A DNA stretch of 64,000 nt from an uncultured Balneolaceae bacterium (GTDB lineage Bacteria; Bacteroidota; Rhodothermia; Balneolales; Balneolaceae): positions 4,570 through 68,569 of the forward strand of contig CALKWT010000185.1 of NCBI GenBank assembly GCA_938003885.1. Direction: 5' to 3'. Below are positions 60,236 to 64,000 of this stretch, one piece after another. Both the position numbers and the translations under genes were made by a program. Numbering within the stretch: position 1 is the stretch's first letter; every line of letters starts with the position of its first letter. Below the pieces are notes generated by a model. That model worked only from the letters and a program-made list of their open reading frames with translations, searched no databases and was not told the origin of the DNA.

Positions 60236-62695
60236 TCAGCGGTTCACCTCTACTTTCCAGATCTCTTCTGCATAGTCCCTGATGGTTCTGTCAGAAGAGA
60301 ACTTCCCGATCCGGGCCACATTCAGAAGTGCCTTCCGGTACCACTCTTCCGGGTTTTTGTAAAGTTTCTCAACCTCATCCTGGGTTTCCCTGTAAGCCTG
60401 GTAATCCGACAGGACGAGAAAATAGTCCCCTTTATGGAGCAGGGAATCGATAATGGGTTGATACAACTCCTTGTCATCGTTAAAGAACCCATCCCGCAGT
60501 TGATCCAGAATCTGCTTCAGATCGTCATTGGAATTGTATATATCCCAGGGATTGTACCCTTCATGGCGCAATTTATCCACATCTTCTACTGTGTTGCCGA
60601 AGATGAAAATATTCTCATCACCTACTTCTTCCCTGATCTCCACATTGGCACCATCCAGGGTTCCAATTGTGAGGGCTCCGTTCAGAGCAAATTTCATATT
60701 CCCGGTGCCGGAGGCTTCAAATCCAGCAGTTGAAATCTGTTCAGAGAGGTCTGCTGCTGGGATCATTTTTTCTGCCAGCGTTACGCTGTAATTTTCAAGA
60801 AATATGAACTTCAGCTTCTTATTTACTTCCGGATCGTTGTTGACCTTGTCAGCCACATCATTCATCAATTTGATAAAGAGTTTGGCCATGGTGTAGCCCG
60901 GAGCAGCTTTCCCGCCCACCAGAATTGTACGAGGCACAACATCTGCATTCGGATCGGCTTTCAAACGATTATACTGTCCGATAGCATAAAAAGTGAGCAT
61001 CAGCTGACGTTTGTATTCATGAATCCTTTTGATCTGGATATCAAAAATAGATTCGGGATCTACATCAATACTCATTTTTTCCCGAATATAGTCAGCCAGA
61101 TTCTGCTTGTTCTTCTGTTTTATCTCTATAAAGGAGTTCATGAATCCGGAATCGGATGTGAACTCTTCCAATTTTCGAAGTTCTTCCAGATCTGTGATCC
61201 ACTCTTCGCCAATATTACCGCTGATCAGATCAGCCAGTTGCCGGTTACACTGACGCAGCCATCGACGGGGGGTAATTCCGTTTGTTTTGTTTGTAAAGCG
61301 CTCAGGGAAGATCTCATAAAAGTCACGGAAGAGCGTTTTTTTGAGGAGATCACTGTGGAGTGCTGCCACTCCATTGATCTTGTGGGATCCGACAATTCCC
61401 AGGGAGGCCATATGAATAACCGGGTCTTCGCCATCCCCGACAATGGACATCCGGCTTATCTTTCCCCTGTCGTCCCCAACATCCGCCTGCACCTTCTGCA
61501 GAAATCTGCGGTTGATCTCATAGATGATCTGCACATGCCGTGGCAACAGGTTTCTCATCAGGGAAACCGGCCATTTTTCAAGAGCCTCCGGCATCAGGGT
61601 ATGATTTGTATAGGCCATCGTATTTACGGTGATCTCCCATGCCAGTTCCCAGCTCAGGTTCTCTTCATCCACCAGTACGCGCATCAGTTCGGGGATCGCC
61701 AGATTGGGGTGGGTATCGTTGCACTGGATCGCAATTTTTTCGGGAAGTTTCCGCCAATCGGTATCCGTTTTACTGAAGCGGCGCAGAATATCCTGCATCG
61801 ATGCAGAGACGAGAAAAAATTCTTGTTTCAGGCGGAGCTCCTGCCCTACAAACACCTTATCATTGGGGTAGAGTACCCGCGAAATGTTCTCATTTAATTG
61901 TGTATCGCGGACTGCGTCGATGTACTGCCCCTGATTAAAGCTTTTCAGATCGATAGAGGAGGGGGAGGTGGCTTTCCATAGTCTCAGATTGTTTACTACA
62001 TCGTTTTTAAAACCGGGGACAGGGGTATCGTAGGCGACAGCAAGGGCATCCTCAGTATTTTCCCATACAAACCTCAGATTGCCATCCTCATCATTGAATG
62101 CTCGTGTATTTCCCCTGAAAGGGATATTGTATTTGATCTTCGGCCGCACAATGTCCCATGGATTGCCGTAGCGAAGCCAGAGGTCCGGCTTCTCAATCTG
62201 ATAACCATTTTCTATAGATTGATAAAATATACCGTAGTCATATCGGATTCCATATCCCACAGCCGGAATACCGAGGGTAGCCATAGAATCCAGAAAACAG
62301 GCGGCAAGACGTCCCAATCCACCGTTACCAAGTCCGGCATCCCACTCGGCAGTGCGGACCTCATCATAATCCAGGCCGATATCCTCCATTGCCTCGGCAG
62401 CTACATCCTGCAGCCCCAGGCTGATCAGCATGTTGTCCAGCAACCGGCCGATCAGATACTCCATGGAGAGGTAGTAGACCCTCTTTACATCGTGGTTGTA
62501 ATATCCCTGCTGGGTCTCAATCCAGCGGTCGTGCAACCGGTCCATCACGGCGAGTACAACGCTTCTGTAATTGTCCCAGGGTGTGGAGGAGTGCTCATCT
62601 TTTGCCAGTGTATATCTGAGATGCTGCCTGATATCTTCCCGGAAGTCATCAAGATTCATACCACTTCTGGGGTTTTTGGAGGATTGATTAGCCAT
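60236..62695 (-). CDS. glgP: Glycogen/starch phosphorylase
   Basis: GLGNGGLGRLAAC, LRLKQE, NDTHP, TNHT, KRIHEYKRQ and EASGTGNMKF. Confidence 0.98.
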   Translation of the reverse strand: MANQSSKNPRSGMNLDDFREDIRQHLRYTLAKDEHSSTPWDNYRSVVLAVMDRLHDRWIETQQGYYNHDVKRVYYLSMEYLIGRLLDNMLISLGLQDVAAEAMEDIGLDYDEVRTAEWDAGLGNGGLGRLAACFLDSMATLGIPAVGYGIRYDYGIFYQSIENGYQIEKPDLWLRYGNPWDIVRPKIKYNIPFRGNTRAFNDEDGNLRFVWENTEDALAVAYDTPVPGFKNDVVNNLRLWKATSPSSIDLKSFNQGQYIDAVRDTQLNENISRVLYPNDKVFVGQELRLKQEFFLVSASMQDILRRFSKTDTDWRKLPEKIAIQCNDTHPNLAIPELMRVLVDEENLSWELAWEITVNTMAYTNHTLMPEALEKWPVSLMRNLLPRHVQIIYEINRRFLQKVQADVGDDRGKISRMSIVGDGEDPVIHMASLGIVGSHKINGVAALHSDLLKKTLFRDFYEIFPERFTNKTNGITPRRWLRQCNRQLADLISGNIGEEWITDLEELRKLEEFTSDSGFMNSFIEIKQKNKQNLADYIREKMSIDVDPESIFDIQIKRIHEYKRQLMLTFYAIGQYNRLKADPNADVVPRTILVGGKAAPGYTMAKLFIKLMNDVADKVNNDPEVNKKLKFIFLENYSVTLAEKMIPAADLSEQISTAGFEASGTGNMKFALNGALTIGTLDGANVEIREEVGDENIFIFGNTVEDVDKLRHEGYNPWDIYNSNDDLKQILDQLRDGFFNDDKELYQPIIDSLLHKGDYFLVLSDYQAYRETQDEVEKLYKNPEEWYRKALLNVARIGKFSSDRTIRDYAEEIWKVEVNR

Positions 62696-62811
62696 GGGTG
62701 TAACGGTTTGAAATTGAAATTGACATTGTGAACCAGCCTGTAAACAAGCTCTTTTTAAGCAGCCTTCGGGAATTTAGCAGCCTCCGGATCCTTTACCATC
62801 CTTCCGGCTCT

Positions 62812-63678
62812 CTATTCTCTGAAATAGATTCCATGATCCAGCTGAAAACCGGGCCGGGTAAGATTCGCCGGGAATCCAAGTTCATGAAACGATTCATATG
62901 CATGAATTGCAACAAAATCCTGAGAAAAGATACCATAAACTGCCGAACCGCTACCACTCATCGATGCATAGGAAGCACCAAACTCGGTCATCTGATCTTT
63001 TATATTTCCTACCAGCTCATACCTGGGGAAGATCGTCTGTTCCAGATCATTGCTCAGCAGATATTGCCACTCTTCCGGGTCCTCTTCCATCAGAATCGTC
63101 TCAATTTCAAAATCGGGATCGGGGTTTGGAATGCAGTTTCCATAAGCTTCTTCTGTAGAGGATTCAAATCCGGGATAGACGGTTACAATCCATCCATCAG
63201 GCTGTATGGGAAGCGGCTTTACTTCCTGACCCAGTCCGCTGCCGACTCCCGGCTGGCCATATATAAAAAATGGAACATCCATGCCAAGGCCTCTGCTGAT
63301 GTCAGCCAGATCGTTATCCGAAAGTCCGGAATCTTCCAGCTTGTTCAGGATCCGAAGAGTGAGCGCGGCGTTACTGCTACCGCCGCCCAGCCCGGCGCCC
63401 GCCGGAATATTCTTGATAACAGAGAAAGCGTAATGATGTTTAAGGCCAATATAACGGTCGAACGCCTGATAGGCCCGGGTGATCAGATTCTGGTGATCTG
63501 TGGGAATAGAGCTGCCTGGCATGGTAAGAGAATAAGCGTCAGCCCGGGTCACTTCAAACCGGTCCTTCCACTCGATAAAGCAGAGTCCTGTCTCTATCGT
63601 GTGATAGCCTGTCGGGAGCTTTTCAAGCACATTCAGGCCCAGATTGATTTTGGCATACGAGTTGGCTATCCACATCAC
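62812..63678 (-). CDS. ispE: 4-diphosphocytidyl-2-C-methyl-D-erythritol kinase
   Basis: AKINLGL, KNIPAGAGLGGGSSNAA, DVPFF and MSGSGS. Confidence 0.96.
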   Translation of the reverse strand: MMWIANSYAKINLGLNVLEKLPTGYHTIETGLCFIEWKDRFEVTRADAYSLTMPGSSIPTDHQNLITRAYQAFDRYIGLKHHYAFSVIKNIPAGAGLGGGSSNAALTLRILNKLEDSGLSDNDLADISRGLGMDVPFFIYGQPGVGSGLGQEVKPLPIQPDGWIVTVYPGFESSTEEAYGNCIPNPDPDFEIETILMEEDPEEWQYLLSNDLEQTIFPRYELVGNIKDQMTEFGASYASMSGSGSAVYGIFSQDFVAIHAYESFHELGFPANLTRPGFQLDHGIYFRE

Positions 63679-63691
63679 GTAGGGGGTGAGG

Positions 63692-63949
63692 TTAATTTTT
63701 AAAACTGAGTTTAAAGTAGAGAATGCTGCAGGCGAGGATCAGCGTGACCCCGTTGGTTAGCAGGATAGGAAGATCCTTCATTAAAAAACCGTAAATCAGC
63801 CATAAAACAACACCTGCACACATGATCGAATACATGCCCAGTGAAATATCTTTTGCCGATTTCGAACGCCATGTTTTAGCAGCCTGTGGCAGAAAAGAGA
63901 TCGTGGTACAGAAACCTGCAAGCAGGCCGATAAGTGTTATGCTGTTCAT
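63692..63949 (-). CDS. SemiSWEET (PQ-loop) sugar transporter
   Basis: 85 aa, three TM segments, TTISFLPQ, KDISLGM and LWLIYG...N. Confidence 0.92.
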   Translation of the reverse strand: MNSITLIGLLAGFCTTISFLPQAAKTWRSKSAKDISLGMYSIMCAGVVLWLIYGFLMKDLPILLTNGVTLILACSILYFKLSFKN

Positions 63950-64000
63950 ACTTGTAAATAGATTTTCTCAATTATTTATAGTCATCTTTTAAGTGCAGGA

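Noticed and set aside
62728-63702. Long antisense ORFs (62728-63702, 56654-57598, 61019-61897, 44852-45571, 45559-46302, 29777-30424, 32872-33480 and similar)
   Set aside because: Each lies opposite a clearly identified conserved gene, has no recognisable motifs, and is the expected shadow of codon bias.

Overview
This is a bacterial chromosomal core region, about 45-50% GC by eye. The protein set resembles Balneolaceae/Rhodothermota (a Bacteroidota-related lineage); that taxonomy is inferred from recalled protein similarity, not from a search. About 55 intact CDSs tile the window. It holds dnaA with a DnaA-box cluster upstream (probable oriC), recF-dciA separated from dnaA, eno, prmC, folB-folK-dNK, an OmpR-family two-component pair, an amidohydrolase pair, rpiB-gnd-zwf-pgl, lemA-M48, a PPi-type pfk, miaA, purS-clpS-purQ-M42-lptB, a short divergent rho, and a minus-strand glycogen/envelope run (glgB-malQ-comA-glgA'-DUF4270-OMP-TPR), followed by glgP, ispE and a SemiSWEET. 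I found no rRNA, tRNA, CRISPR array, prophage, transposase or convincing riboswitch. Best leads: (1) a cysteate acyltransferase (SulA/CapB-like) plus a phosphosulfolactate synthase (ComA), suggesting sulfonolipid synthesis fed by a sulfolactate route; (2) a half-length glycogen-synthase-like protein lacking KTGGL, coupled to a lipoprotein/OM-barrel/TPR module; (3) a Rho with an altered RNA-binding domain; (4) an orphan sulfotransferase behind a triple 11-bp-period repeat next to the two-component system.
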